Assembly (NCBI RefSeq): GCF_009914755.1
Contig: NC_060927.1
Origin: the human T2T-CHM13v2.0 reference genome, Homo sapiens
Length of the DNA: 64,000 bases
Reading direction: 5' to 3' (one strand)
Shown here: piece by piece, positions 13,401-29,164 of the stretch
Position numbering within the stretch: the stretch's first letter is position 1
Layout of the letters: each line of letters begins with the position of its first letter
The notes under the pieces: generated by a model
Database searches by the model: none
What the model was told of the DNA's origin: nothing
What the model saw: the letters and a program-made list of their open reading frames with translations, nothing else
Position numbers and translations under genes: made by a program

Positions 13401-13717
13401 GCAACGTGGCCCCAGTGTTGGAGTTGTCCAGTCCAGCACCTTGCTGCCCACAGGGATCACTCCAGCCTCCCCTTGCTCTGCTCTTTTCCTTTCTCTATTT
13501 TGTGCAGGTCCAATTACCTCCTGACGACCTTTAGAGCATCCGGCTCTGAGCACCTCAGGGGGCCAGCTGCCCTGCCTGTGTGTGGCCTGCTCTGCCTCTG
13601 GCCCTGCACGTGGCCAACTTTTCTTTAGTAGCACCTCCTCCAGGCTACCTTCCCTGACCACAGCTCCTCACCCATCCCTCCCTCTCTCCCCCTACACCCT
13701 GAATATTTTGATAGCAT

Positions 13718-14209
13718 TGGTACAAGGCAAGCAAGGCCCAAAATTGGGGCTTAGTTGGGGAGGGTTCTTGGCTTCACCCAGGAAAGAATTCAAGGGCAAG
13801 CCAGTGATGTTAGACAGCAACTTTTATTGAAGCAGCAGTGCATAGTGGCAGCAGAGGTACTGCTTCTTGTGGAGCAGGGCAGAGCCACCCCATAAGCAGT
13901 GTGCCCAGAGCAGCAGCTCAGAGGCAGCCCTGAAGTCATATTTATACCCACTTTTAATTACATGCAAATTAAGGGGTGGACTATGCAGAAATTTCTAGAA
14001 AAAGGGTAGTAACTTCTAGGTTACTGGTAGCTGCTGTGGAAAGGGGCAGTAACTTCCAGATGTTGCCATGGAAACAGTAAACTGACATGGCACACTGGTG
14101 GGCATGACTTATGGATGGCTGTTTCCACCCTGTCCCTGTTTCAGTTAGTCCTCAATTTGTCCCAGCACCTGGGTCCCACATCCAGAGTCGAGTCCCACCT
14201 CCTACCTTA
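13718..14209 (-). mobile_element. ERV1 solo LTR (MER66-like)
   Basis: Complete ~490-bp LTR with a perfect 4-bp TSD gcat (13714-13717 / 14210-14213) and minus-strand AATAAA. Contains octamer ATGCAAAT (13962-13969) and RFX box GTTGCCATGGAAAC (14062-14075). Subfamily from memory. Confidence 0.8.
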
Positions 14210-14449
14210 GCATATGTCACTATTCAAACTTTTGTTTATTTACCTGTTTGGTTGTGCACAGTCACTTTCTCCCTAATGCAGTCTCCATGAGGGCTAGAAC
14301 CATACCTGGCTCATCACTTCCAAAGATCACCCTTGTGCTTAGAATTAGAAGAACAGCCCAAGCCCCTGGGGCTGGCTCCCTGTCTTCCCTCACCCCCCAC
14401 ACACATACACCACCCTCCCCATCCCTGGCTTTGCTCCAACCATGCTGGC

Positions 14450-16737
14450 TGTATTACTCTGTTCTCATGCTGCTATGAAGAAACACCTGAGACTGGGTAA
14501 TTTATGAAGAAAAGAGGTTTAATTGACTCACAGTTCCAAGGCCTCAGGAAACTTACAATCATGGTGGAAGGCACCTCTTCTCAGGGTGGCAGGAGAGAGA
14601 ATTCGAGCTGAGCAAAGGAGGAAACCCCTTATAAAACCAGCAGATCTCATGAGAACTTACTATCATGAGACCAGCATGGGGGAAACCACTCCCATAATTC
14701 AATTATCTCCACCTGATCCCGCCCTTGACAAGTGGGGATTATTACAATTCAAGGTGAGATTTGGGTGGGACACAGAGCCAAACCATGTCATTCTGCCCCT
14801 GGCCCCTCCCAAATCTTATGTCCTCACATTTCAAAACACAACCATGGCCTTCCAACAGTCCCCCAAAGTCTTAACTCATTCCAGCATTAACTCAGAAGTC
14901 TAAGTCCAAAGTCTTACCTGAGACAAGGCAAGTCCATTCCTCCTATGAGCCTGTAAAATGAAAAGCAAGCTAGTTACTTCCTATGTACAATGGTGGTAGA
15001 GGCATTGGGTAAATACACCCATTCCAAATGGGAGACATTGGCCAGAACAATGGGGCTACAGATCCCATGCAAGTGTGAAATCCAATAGGGCAGTCACTAA
15101 ACCTTAAAGTTCCAAAATGATCTTCTTTGACTCCTTGTCTCACATCTAGGTCACACTGATGCAAGAGGTGGGCTTCCATCGCCTGAGGCAGCTCTGCCCC
15201 TGTGGCTTTGCAGTTTACAGCCCCAGCCTGGCTGCTTTCACAAGCAGGTGTTGAATGTCCGTGGCTTTTCCAAGTTCATGGTGCAAGCTGTTGGTGGATC
15301 TACCATTCTGGGGGCTGGAAGACAGTGGCCCTCTTCTCACAGCTCCACTAGGCAATGCTCCAGTGGGGACTCTGTGTTGGGGCTCCAACCCCATATTTCC
15401 CTTCTGCACTGACCTAGCAGAGGTTTTTCATGAGGGCTACATCCCTGCAGCAAACTTCTGCCCGGACATCCAGGCATTTCCATACATCCTTTGAAATCTA
15501 GAGGGAAGTTCCCCAACCTCAATTCTTGACTTTTGTGCACCTGAAGGCCCAACATCATGTGTAAGCTGCCAAGGCTTGGGGCTTACACCCTCTGAACAAT
15601 GGCCCAAGCTGTATCTTAGCCCCTTTTAGCCACAGCTGGAGCTGAAGCAGCTGGGACACAGGGCACCCATCATGCCCCAAGGCTGCATAGAGCAGGGTGT
15701 CCCTGTGCTCAGTCAATGAAACCATTTTTCCTTCCTAGGCCTCCAGGCCTGTCATGGCAGGGGCTGCTGTGAAGCTTTCTGACATGCCCTGGAAACATTT
15801 TCCCCATTGTCTTGGTGATTAACATTTGGCTCCTCATTACTTATGCAAATTTCTGCAGCCAGCTTGAACTTCTGCCCAGAAAATTGGTTTTTCTTTTCTA
15901 TGGCATCATCAGGCTGCAAATTTTCCTAACTTTTATGCTGTGCTTCCTCTTGAATCTTTGCTGCTTAGAAATTTCTTCCACCAGATACCCTAAATCATTT
16001 CTCTCAAGTTCACTGTTCCACAAATCTCTAGGACAGGGGCAAAATGTCACCAGTCTCTTTGCTTAAGCAAAGCAACAAGTCACCTTTATTCCAGTTCCCA
16101 GCAAATTCCTCATCTCCGTCTGAGACCACCTCAGCCTGGACTTCATCATCCATATCACTATCAGCATTTTGGTCAAAGCCATTCAACAAGTCTCTAGGAA
16201 GTTCCAAACTTTCCCACATCTTCCAGTCTTCTGAGCCCTCCAATCTCAAGGAAGTTCCAAACTTCCCCACATTTTCCTGTCTACTTCTTAGCCCTCCAAA
16301 CTGTTCCAAACCCTGCCTGTTACCCAGTTCCAAAGTCACTTCCCTGTTTTGGGGTATCCTAATAGCAGCACCCTACTCTTTGTGGTACCACCTTACTGTA
16401 TTAGTCTGTTCTCATGCTGCTATGAAGAACTGCCTGAGACTGGGTAATGTATAAAGATAAGAACTTTAATTAACTCACAGTTCCACATGGCTGAGGAGGC
16501 CTTAGGAAACTTAGAATCATGGTGGAAGTCAGCTTTTCTCTGGGTGGCAGGAGAGAGAATGAGAGCCAAGCCAAGGGGGAAACCCCTTATAACACCATCA
16601 GATCTCGTGAGAACTCATGAGAACAGCATGGGGGAAACAGCCCCCATGATCTGATTACCTCCACCTGGTCCTGCCCTTGACATGCAGTAATTATTCAAGG
16701 TGAGATTTGGGTGGAGACAAAGAGCCAAACGATATCA
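14450..16737 (-). mobile_element. Full-length THE1 (C/D) MaLR: LTR 14450-14790, internal 14791-16396, LTR 16397-16737
   Basis: Two direct LTRs 'tgtatta...gagccaaac.at.tca' flank a ~1.6-kb THE1 internal region; 5-bp TSD ctggc / ctggt. Confidence 0.95.
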
Positions 16738-17699
16738 CTGGTCTTCTTTTTCCTCAAGCACACAGAGACCCTTTTTCTGTTCCATCCACCTGGGCACCAG
16801 CCCCCTCCTGAAAACATTTACATGCCTCATTCCTCACTCTGCCTGAGGCATATCTAAAATAGCAGCTGTTGCCTCCAGGCCCTGGTTTGCCTGTCTCCCC
16901 ACACTCCCCTTGCCTCCTCTTTCCCCTGTAGGTTTGACCTCTGTTCCTCTGCTGGCACTGAGCACTGTGAGGGGAGACTTTGTTCTGTCACTCTTATGTC
17001 CCCTGCCTTGAACAGTGCTAGGCACAAACCCACTCATTTAGGGCTCACAATAGGTCTAAATTCAGCTTCATTTTCTTTCCCAAACAATGACCTAATTGTC
17101 CTGATAACTTTTTAAAAAATCCATCTTTCCCCTTTGGTTTGAAATGCCACTTCCATCCATATTGAATCCGTATGGACCTGGGCCTATGTGTAGCTTTCTG
17201 TTCTGTCCCACCAACATGCCTTTCTCTGCTGAGCTGTCTCCATTCTACCTCTCTACTGTCCCTATTGACAACTAGTACTCACTGAGCCCTACCCCATGCC
17301 AGGCACTTGCTTAGATGACAGAGCAAAGAATGAAACAGATGTGTGCCAGCCCTCCAGGAACTTGCATGGGTCCCTAAAATACAGTGGGTACCCTGGACAC
17401 CCTGGGACGAGGGTGGAGGTGATGGATAAAGACAGAGACGCACATGGAGAACAACATGGAGTCAGGCAGCCTCTGAGAGGGAAGTGGTTACTTCGCGTTG
17501 TCAAAGTCCTCCCAGCAAGAGTGTGGAGCACAGCTGGGAGTAGAAGCACTGCAGGCAGATACGGTGAGTGGGTGCAGGGGGAAAGGGCCTCAGTGAGAAC
17601 TGGGTGGTGACACTGGCTAGAAGGCAGGGGTGGGAGGATTGAGAGACATCTGGAAGTGGAATTGCTGAGACCTCGTGATTATGTCTGATAAAGAAGTAA

Positions 17700-17985
17700 G
17701 CTAGGCAGTGATTCACTCCTGTAATCCCAACACTTTGGGAGGCCAAGAAGGGCAGATCACCTGAGGTCAGGAGTTTGAGACCAGCCTGGCCCACATGGTG
17801 AAACCCTGTCTCTACTAAAAATACAAAATTAGTGGGGTGTGGTCATGCGTGCCTGCAGTCCTAGCTACTTGGGAGACTGAGACGGAAGAATCACTTGAAC
17901 CCAGTAGCAGAGGATACGGTGAGCTGAGATCGCCCCACTGCACTCCAGCCTGAGCAACAGAGACTCTGTCTAAAAAAAAAAAAAA
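17700..17985 (+). mobile_element. AluSx-like
   Basis: 'gggcagatcacctgaggtcaggagtttgagaccagcctggcc'; A14 tail. Confidence 0.93.
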
Positions 17986-18399
17986 GTCGGGGAGCAGGGG
18001 AGGATGGAATTCACACCCTGAGGCCCAGGACCCTGCCTGAGGAACTGGATGGGCAGAAGCTGTTCCCTGGGATGGCCAGAGGGACACATGCGTGGCAAGG
18101 CTGCAAAGCCTGTACGATGTTAGGCAGGGCTGTCCAGCAGGCACTTAGAAAGGGTGTCTGGTGCTCAGGGGTGAAAGCCTGGCTTGAGTTGGGAGCTTGG
18201 GAGCTCGTGGTCCCTGCATGGATGGGAAGCAACCAGCTAAGGGCTGGTGTGCAGAATGAGAAGAGAACAATAGGGCGATCTGAGGCAGAGCCCTGCGGAC
18301 ACCCCAGCAAGCCAGGGGCTGGCAGAAGTGTCACCCCATCAAAGGGGTAAATGAGGACCAGGTGGGCTGATGTCATCGAAGCCAAAAGTACAGGAGTGG

Positions 18400-18815
18400 C
18401 CAGCTATCACCTGGTAACCATCCCCTGTCCTTAGCAGGGGACATAGGTGCTGAGCACAAAGACATTTCCCAGACTTCCTTGCAGCTGGGTGAGGCCATGT
18501 GACAAAGTTCTGACCAGTGGATATAAGCAGAAGTGGAGCGTGCAGCTTGCTGGAAGGGCCCCCACAGGCAGGGGCAAAACTCTTTCCTCATTCTCCCTCC
18601 CACTGACTGGAATGTAGGCATGATGGCTGGAGCTGCAGCAGTCTTTTAGACCATAAGGGAAAAAGCTGCATGTCTGAGATGCAGGAGCAGCACTGTGGAA
18701 GGAGTCTGAGTTTGTGCAGACATTGGAGCTGCTGCGTCAGGCCTGGACTGTGTGCATATGCAGTAGAGAGAACTCAACTGTCATGTCAGCCCCATATTAT
18801 TTTGGATTTCACTGA
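18400..18815 (+). mobile_element. MLT1J-like LTR
   Basis: 'catttcccagacttccttgcagct...ggccatgtgac..agttctgacca...gatggctggagctgcagcag'. Confidence 0.75.
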
Positions 18816-20411
18816 AGCTTCTGAGAGGTCAGCTAACACAAGAACTTAACAGCTACTCATGTTAGCAGCATACAGGTTGCTGGTGGCCCTAAGATGGGAC
18901 AATTTTAGGGAGTGAGGTGAGACAGCCCCCAATGCAGGTGGAAATGGGTTGAAGAATGAGAAGTGGAGACAGTGAGTGTAGAAGCTCTTTCTAGAAGTTT
19001 GTCATGGTGGCACCAAGGTCTGAGAGTGCTTTAGCTCCCTCTCCCATAGTCCCCAACATCCCCACAACAGTCTCCCCAAGTAAACATGCAAGCTGAATAA
19101 AGCAAGTCTCATATGTCCCCACCGCCTCCTGCCACCCCTAAGCTCCTCCAAGGAGATTTTTCAGACATACCACAGCTGTGAAGGGCACAGAGGAGGAAAC
19201 ACAACGTGGTGGGAGACAGAGGGCAAGTGTTCAGTGTGGGAGTGGCCGTTCCAGAGCCCCATCTGGGCTTGGGCTGGGGCAACAGGGTGCAGAGTTGAGG
19301 TGGCTGAACCCCAGAGCCATCTGTGGCACTCTAGGGGGTGTCCCCTACCTTTTACCCCACTGCTGCATCCAGTGCATGGGGTCACAGCTATGTGGCAGTC
19401 CCCAGTGACACTGCTGAGGCTGTGCTAGGCCTGGCCTGTTCCCAATCCTGGGATTCTCCCCATGAACCCAAGCTCCACGCCTGCTCCATGGTCCCCACCT
19501 CATCAGCCTGACAAGCCAGTTCATGTAGCGAGAAGACACCCGTCAGCTCTTTCTCTAGGCCAGGTCGTGCTTCAGACTGGAGAACAAGAGAGCAGCCAGG
19601 CACCATGAGGGCCCTCAGGGCTATGGTCTCGACCACCATCGTCACAGCACAGCAGACAGGCCGGCAAGGAGTCCTGCCAGCATGGAATGGCCTGGAGCTT
19701 TAACCTGTGGCTGGAGGGCTTCCGGGATGTGGTGGCCTTCAGGTTGTCCCTTGGCTAACAGGAGTTCAACAAATTCAGATGTGGGTGTGGCAACATCTGT
19801 TTCTGAGAGGACTTGAGGGTCTTCTGCCAAGTCCATTCATCCTTCCCCTGGTTAGGAAAACAACAAACTTGATTTTCTTCTGGGGCCCACCCTGATCATC
19901 CACTCTCAGGCTACATGGCCCCATGAGAGCCAGGGCCATCTGGACTTCTGGGAAGGATGCAGGGGTATGAGGGTGTGGGCACCAGAGCTGCGGGGGAGCA
20001 GGGGAGCCAAGGAGGTCCCGGGCTCTTGGGATTGTTGCTTGACGGGCAGATCCAGTCTCAGTGGAGGCGGCCCACTAGACTCCTGAGTGCCTGGGCCACC
20101 CTTCCTCTGCCACTGATGGTGGTTTGCATGGAGTTGTCTGTCATTTGTGTTATAAAGAGGCCTGGCAGTACGAGCCACTCGAGATGGTGGTGTGTGCTGG
20201 CTGCGCACAGTGCCCGGACCACAGGGACATTTGGGGCTGCTTTGTGGAGGGGGAGACATTTGAGTCAAGGCTCGAAGCTGGTTCAAACACAGGAAAGAGC
20301 CTTATAGAGTTTCTGCGAATATCTTTTCAACTCTCAGTTTCTACTATGACAAAAATCATTTCATTCATTGACTTTATTAAGAAAAGTTCATGTATTTAAA
20401 AAAAAGGACAC

Positions 20412-20705
20412 TTGGGGTGCAGTGGCTCATGCCTGTAATCCCAGCACTTTGGGAGGCCGAGGCTAGCACATTACTTGGGCTCAGGAGTTTGAGACCAGCC
20501 TGTGAAACACGGTGAAACCCCATCTCTTTCAAAAATAAAAAATTCGCTGGGCATGGTGGTGCCTGCTTGCGATCCAGCTACTCCAGAGGCTGAGGTGGGA
20601 GGATCACTGAGCCTAGGAGTCTGAGGTTGCAGTGAACCATGTCTGTGCCATCACACTCCAACCTGGGCAATAGAGTGAGACCCTGTCTCTAAAAATAAAA
20701 AAAAA
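20412..20705 (+). mobile_element. Alu (J/S)
   Basis: Dimeric Alu; degenerate TSD atttaaaaaaaaggaca / atttaagaaggaca. Confidence 0.92.
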
Positions 20706-21139
20706 TTTAAGAAGGACAATAAAAGACCTAAATGTTGGATCTGGCACATCCTATTGTCATAGGGCATCTGGTAAAAGGGGAATTAATGCTAAGAAAATGA
20801 TAGGACAATGGTGGAAGCCACAGTTGAACTGAGAAGTGAAGGCACTAACAGATTACCAGTGCCCGCTCCACACCAGGAAAGCCTGGCCCTGGGGACCCAA
20901 GACAGGGACAAATCAGACCTGGGATCTTTTTCTGATTGGTAAAATATCTCAGAGGCAGCCCGCCAAGATCACACCATCCTTGTAAGGACTGATAATGTGG
21001 CCGAAAGCCCTGGACAGGGTGAGCTCCCTGCTGCCTCTCTGTCCTCATCACTGTATCTCACCCAGAGCAAGAGGCTTCCGAGTTCCACACCTTAGAGACT
21101 GGTGTGCTGGAGGCCACATCACACCACCCAGGTCCCTCT

Positions 21140-21455
21140 AGGGCTTATTCCCCAGCTCCCAGCAGTGCTGGGGGCAGAAAGGCCTTGGCAGAGGTCGCCC
21201 CAGAGGCATACGTCATTGCCCCAGGGAGAGCCCATGTCCCATGACTGCCCCACGTAAGCAATGCCCAGCCACATCCCAGACTCAGAACAGCTCTAGGATT
21301 CCTACAAGGGTAATGGAGGCTGTCACTGCACCTGCACTGCAGCTCAGTGTGCCCCTCTGCCCCTTCCTGCTTCCTCCCTCCCTGCCACAGGACTGGCCCC
21401 CAAACACCCTGCCTACTGAGCTTTGTCTCAAGATCCCCTTCCTGGAGACTCAGGT
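21140..21455 (+). mobile_element. LTR16-like ERVL LTR fragment
   Basis: 'cctgcactgcagctcag...ccctctgccccttcctgcttcct...tctcaagatccccttcctgg' resembles the LTR16 3' half. Confidence 0.55.
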
Positions 21456-22235
21456 GGGCAAGTGCCCTGCCCAAGTCACTCTTGAGCGTGTGGGAAATGC
21501 AGGGCTCCCCAACTCTGAGCTGGTGGAGGAGTCGTAGGAAGAACTCCTGCCAGTCTGCCTGCCTTATACCCCCACAACTGATGGACCAGCATCATCCTTC
21601 TTATAGCTCTAGCCAGTCATGTCCCAGGCCGGGACATGAGGAAACCCTGGGCCACAGTAGGCAGTGCCTGCCAGGCTGGCAGGTATGTCAGGGTGGCTCC
21701 CCCACCCAGCCCCGGAAGGTGCAAGCAGATTTCTCACCATCTGCCACTGCTCGTTGTTGAAGGAAAATTCTACATCCCAAACACTTGTTTGGAGGAAATT
21801 AGATCATCACCTCCCCACTAATGAAGCCAGGCTGTGCACACAGAGGGAAGGGAGACGGCAAGTTGTTTGTCTCTTGGGGCTGCAGCCCAGAAGCTGGCAC
21901 CCCAGGTGTCTCCAAGGCTCCACGCACGTGTGGCGAGAGCAGCCTACGCCAGGCTGGCTTGAAACCTGCAGGTGACGTTTGCCTGGGTATACGAGGATCC
22001 GGGCCCTCAGCCGAGACTGCCACTGCGTTCCAGGACCACAGACGGCCCCTGCTGCCTTCAGAAGGCAGCACGCACCTGTCCTACCCAGGTTGAGGAGCAG
22101 CCCCTGCCTCTCCTCACGTGGGTCCCCCTCCACCATGGGTGCCTCTGATGGGGAAGAAGGCACATGTTCTCAGGTGGAACAGCCTCCCTCCTCAGCTTTC
22201 AGCCTGGAGCCTCTCCAGGCACAAGGTCCTTTTAA

Positions 22236-23725
22236 CAATTTTTTAATTGAGATATAAGTCACATAACATAAACTACATAAACTTCACCATTTAAAAATGG
22301 GTACTTCTGTGGTTCTTAGTATATTTACTATGTTGCACTAGCACCACCACTATCTAATTCCAGAACATTTTAATCACACTCCAAGAAGCCTATACCCTTA
22401 ACACCACGGCCCATTTCCGCCCTCCCTCAGCCCCTGGGAGTCATTCATCTGCTTTCTGTCTCCATGGATTTGCCTCTTTGGGATATTTCATATAAATGGA
22501 ATCGCAGGCTACACAATCTTTTGTGACTGGCTTCCTCCACTTAGGACAATGTTTCCAAGGTTCAGTACTTGGAATAGCAAGTTCTTCATGCCTTTTTATG
22601 GCTGAATAATATTTCATTGTATGGATGTGCCACATTTGGATGGGTTCCACTTTTTGACTATTATGAATAATGCTGCTATGAATATTCATGTACAAGTTTT
22701 TGTGTGAACATACGTTTTATACCCAGGAGTAGAATTGCTGGGTCATATGGTAGTTCTATGTTTAACTTTTTGAGGGACTGCCAAGCTATTTTCCACAGTG
22801 GCTGCATCATTTTACATTCCCATCAGCAATACACCAGCATTCTAATTTCTTTACATCCTCAGAAACACTTGTTATTTTCCCTTTTTTAAAAATTGTAGCC
22901 ATCCTAGCGGGTGTGAAATCATTATCTTGTTGCGGGTTTGATTTCCATTTCCCTAATGGACTAGTGCTATTCATTTCACTAATGACTAGTGCTATTCAGA
23001 GGATGTTTTCATGTCTTACTGACCATTTGTACATCTTCTTTGGAGAAATGTCTACTCAGATCTTTTGTCTGTTTTTTAATTGGGTTCTTCATCCTTTTAT
23101 TTTTGAGTTGTAGGAGGTTTTTAAGTTTTCTGAATACTAGACCCCTATTGGATATATGACTTGAACATATTTTCTCCCATTCTATGAGTTGTCTTTTCAC
23201 TTTCTTGATAGTGTCCTTTGATGTACTAGTTTTTACTAGTTTTGCAATCTACTTTATTTTTTATTTTATTGTTTGTGCTTTGGGAACAATATCTAAGAAA
23301 CTGTTGCCTAATTCAGGGTCACACATCTTTTCCCCTATCGTTCCTTCTAAGAATTTTGTAGTTTTAACTCTTATAGTTTTAGGTATTTCATCCATTTTGA
23401 GTTAATTTTTTGTATATGGTGTGAGGTAGGAGCCCAAATTTATTTGTGTGTGTGTAGATATTCAATTTCCCCAGCACTATTGTTCAAAAGACCACTCTTT
23501 CTGCATTGAATAGTTTTTTGGCACCCTTGCCATAAAGAAGTTGAACATAAATGACCATAAATTATTGCTAGACTCTCAATTCTATCCATTGGTCTATATG
23601 TCTGTTCTGAAGTAGTACCACACTGTAGCTTTGTAATAAGCTTTGAAATTGGGATGTGTAGTCCTCCAAACTTGTTCTTTTCCAAGATTGTTCCAGTCAT
23701 TCTGTGTTCTTTGTAATTCCATAAT
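22236..23725 (-). mobile_element. L1MB-type 3' fragment (ORF2 end plus 3' UTR)
   Basis: 'ttttttaattgagatataa...ccactatctaattccagaacattt...tttatggctgaataatatttcattgtatggat'. ORF2 remnant MKRQLIEWEKICSSHISNRGL... in ORF 23009-23200. Confidence 0.9.
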
Positions 23726-24079
23726 GTATATGGATTTTAACAAGGGCCACAAACTCAAATGCATCCGGAACTAAACAGATTTTGTAAGTTAGCAAAGCTG
23801 GCAGTTTCAAAACATATCTTTGGTTATGTTCTTTTGACATGCATGATTTGCTTGCATCTTAAACACAGGAAAGTTCTTCCCCTTTACACAGAAGCATGCT
23901 TTCTCCACTTTTTCTTGCAACATGCCAAGATGTCTTCTCCCCTGGCCACCCTTGCATTCAGGAAAGGCTATGAGTACAGTCCTAGTTCTAACCATGAGAC
24001 ATAGAGCAGTCTGCTGGGAGAGCTTCTGGGAGAGAGATCACATGATAAGAGAAAGGCAGGGAAACTCCCAGCTCTGTGC

Positions 24080-24226
24080 TAGTGCTGGGACTAAGGCGAG
24101 GCAAGAGAGGTGCCCAGGGTACCATATTTAAGGAGGTGCTCACCGTCAGGGCCATACACCAAGACCAATGCCTCCTTCAATGTGCCACCTTGGGTCCCTG
24201 GCTGGCCCCACCCTGACCCAGCCCTG
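24080..24226. mobile_element. MER96-like palindromic hAT MITE inside an old LTR
   Basis: 'ctgggactaaggcgaggcaag...atttaaggagg...gcctccttcaat...caccctgacccagccctg'; imperfect 8-bp TSD ctctgtgc / ctctgtct. Confidence 0.6.
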
Positions 24227-24630
24227 CTCTGTCTGCCTTTGCTCTTCTTCCTGCTCTGAACCACGGGTGTGATGCCCAGAGCTGGGCAACCATCCAGTAA
24301 CTCGGGGCAATGAGACTGAGGGCAAACATCATCAGGCTGTGGAATCTGAAGGCGGTGTGGAGAGGTGGGAAGGCCTAGCCTTCGATGACACTACCTTTTC
24401 AAGGTTCCCTGTTCCGTGGCATAATCACATGTCTATTAGGATAACTCCCAAAGGCCTTGAAAGTTGAGTTTTCTGTAACTTTCTACCAAAATCATTTATA
24501 ACATATCAATTTATGGCAAGTACAATGAGTTTGCCATGTAAAGCTGTAAAGCAATATGTTTAAGCTTTAAAAGTAAGTTGAAGACTTCATCAAACTTAAA
24601 TAACCTTGCTCTTTGAAAAACACATTAAGA

Positions 24631-25900
<1,270 letters not shown>

Positions 25901-25969
25901 TTGATGAATTATTACATGCAAACACAGCATATAGAAACAAGAATGCTGGACAATAAAATGAGTACATTA

Positions 25970-26625
<656 letters not shown>

Positions 26626-27494
26626 ATGTAAATTATATACACCTGACTGTTTCAAAAAGTAAGCTGAGTGAAAGGAAATTATTAGATAAATAATCATACA
26701 GGTGGTGTGCAGATACGGCAAAAATTGCGGAGGTGGTAGAAGAACGAACACATTTTGGGAAACACTTAGTCCCAATTATCTCTCTAAAAAAAGGAAAAAA
26801 GTAACTTAAGAAGGTGAATGGGTGTGCCTATTTTCTCCCATCTGATCCATATAATTTAGCATTTTGGTGGTTTGTCCTGGAATAGTTTAATTGAAGTGTC
26901 AATCAGAAAACTCTCTAAAGATGAAAGGCAGCTTCTCAGGTTAATGGTTGGGGATCACCCCCACCCCTTGCCCAGCCCGGCCCTGCCATTGTCATCCCTG
27001 TTATCAAGGCTGGCAGGAGACCAAAACTCACACCGGTGGAACAATGAGGGAGCATTTCACTCAGGACCCTTTACAAAGAGCGGTCAGGGCTCAGGGAAAT
27101 GGTGATGGTGAAGCACTTGGGGCCAGTGACAGCAGGAAGCCCTTGCCGTGACAAGACCTGCAGGGTGAGAAGAGAAAGCACATCCCAGAACCCAGAGAAA
27201 GAACCCCTATGGGAGCAGGGCACCCAGGAAGAGCCGTGGCCTCTGCAGAGGAGCTCAGAGAGCCCATGCCCTGCAGGGAGGGGCACGGGGATAATCCCCC
27301 CAACCTCACTCTCCCCCTGCCCTTAGGCTTCTGGCTGGTGTCTCCAAAGCTACCTGGAAGCCGGAAGCCCAGAGCCTGCACGTGTCATCCTTGCCAAGGA
27401 CAGGCTTCCAGGGCCCCGAGAAGAGGAAGAAGGCAGTGGGCCTGCAGGGGCACGTGGAGGGGCCTGGCATACACCCTGGGAGGCTGCATTAAAT

Positions 27495-27985
27495 GCTCAG
27501 CGTGGTGAGGCCAGCAGAGAAGGAGCAGACTGCCATTTGAAAGAGGGCTGGTTACTCACAGATCCTGAGGAACAGTGTGGGGTGCACCACGCAGGGCCAT
27601 GCAGAGAAGCAGCGGGTCGGCAGGAGGCAGAGGGAGAGGGGGTTGTGGGCAGGAGCCTCCATTACAGAATACACAAGAAGAAACAGCAAGCTAGGTAAGC
27701 AGATATAGGGTTAATTCATTTGAATAATTTTGGGACTCTGGGACACAAGACTGTCCCTGGCTGTCTGATCCTGGCCCTGGGGGTATAGGGTAGGAGGACA
27801 GTGGTCCAGAGTGTGCGAGGCGCTGGCTGGGTGTGGGCTCTGGACTGGGTGGTTTGCATATAAAAGGTACGCTGGCAGGGAGACATCTCCTATCTCTAGG
27901 AACTGAAAGGGGTGGTCCCTCCAAGTTCAGCAAAGCCCCAAGATACCAAAACATCAGAATATAAAAACTAAAGAGCACCTCTATA
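27495..27985 (-). mobile_element. MER74A-like ERVL LTR
   Basis: 'tgaggccagcaga...gactgccatttgaaa...gttactcacag...gggctctggactgggtggtttgcatataaaagg...ccccaagataccaaaacatca'. Confidence 0.75.
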
Positions 27986-29164
27986 AAACTCAGGGTCCTA
28001 CCCAGTACTGGGAGGCCCATGGGGAGGGAAGGCCAGTTGCCAAAAGAAGTCTTTAAAGGCATCAGTCAGTCCTAATTCGATTATCAGGCACTGGGGCACA
28101 GGTCCAGGCTGCTAGAGAGCCACAGGAGGTGCTCAGCCCCTTTCTCTCCACCTTTCCAAGGCCTCCCCACCAGCCGAGGCCCACTGCACCTCTTCACTGC
28201 AGCCCTCCTGACACTGGGGCCCATACTGTCCTCCCACCACCTCCCTCTGCAGGTGCACCCTCCACAGAGAGCTTAACCCCTACCTGTGTCCTTCTCCCAG
28301 TCTCGTCTCCAATACTGGTTCCCTCTCACCCAATGGTGGAGGCTGCAGGACCACATTTCCTGCAGATTGTAAGAAACACAGCTCAGATGCCCTGGGCAGC
28401 ATCAGCTGGCACTTGGAGCTGCTGGGACCAGGGCTTGACAGGAGGGGAGAAGCTTCCACCTTAAGGAGACACTACACAGAGCCACATGCATGCTCCAGGA
28501 CAGAGCAATGGCACTGTACCCACCACCCAGCCCCACCCTCACTGGGCATCTCTTAGAAAGAGGTAGGATAACTAACGGGGACAGATGGGGTCAAAGCAAC
28601 TGGAGACGCAGGGACAGAGGATAGGCTTCCGGCTGCCGGTGGGGGATGAGGGGTGGGTGGCTGAAGGGAGAAATCCTTCCCTCCTGGGGGTTCTTTTTGG
28701 GAGGAGCTGGCTCCCTGCAGTCTGATCCCGCAGAAGCAATGGCTGGGTGGGGCTGGAAGTCCCCAGGGTGGTGACAGCCTTGTTCTTCAACACAGTTCTG
28801 CATGGGTAGCTGGGAGTGGGGAAGAGGATATAGGTGCTCAGCCCTCTCTGGAGCCCCCTGGCCCCCCTGTGAGGAGCCTTCACCCCACTCCAGGTCCTTC
28901 CTAATCTGCCCAGGTGGGTCTCACACCCAGCTCTACACCTGTCTACAGTCCGTGCACGCCACCCTCCAAACCCACCTTCGCACAATGCACCCAGTAGACA
29001 CCCACACACCCCACCAGACCCTGCTCAGACCTTGTCTGGTGGTACCCTCCAGCTCTGCCTTCCATTAACAGGGTGGTGGGAGCAGAGGGGGGTCTGCTTC
29101 TTTGATCCCCTGACTTCCTGTATTTCCCCCAATCATTGCACTTTCGTTTCCATATTATAGTTAC

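Noticed and set aside
13023-13628. 201-aa ORF
   Set aside because: Chance open frame across decayed L1 3' sequence; non-ATG start.
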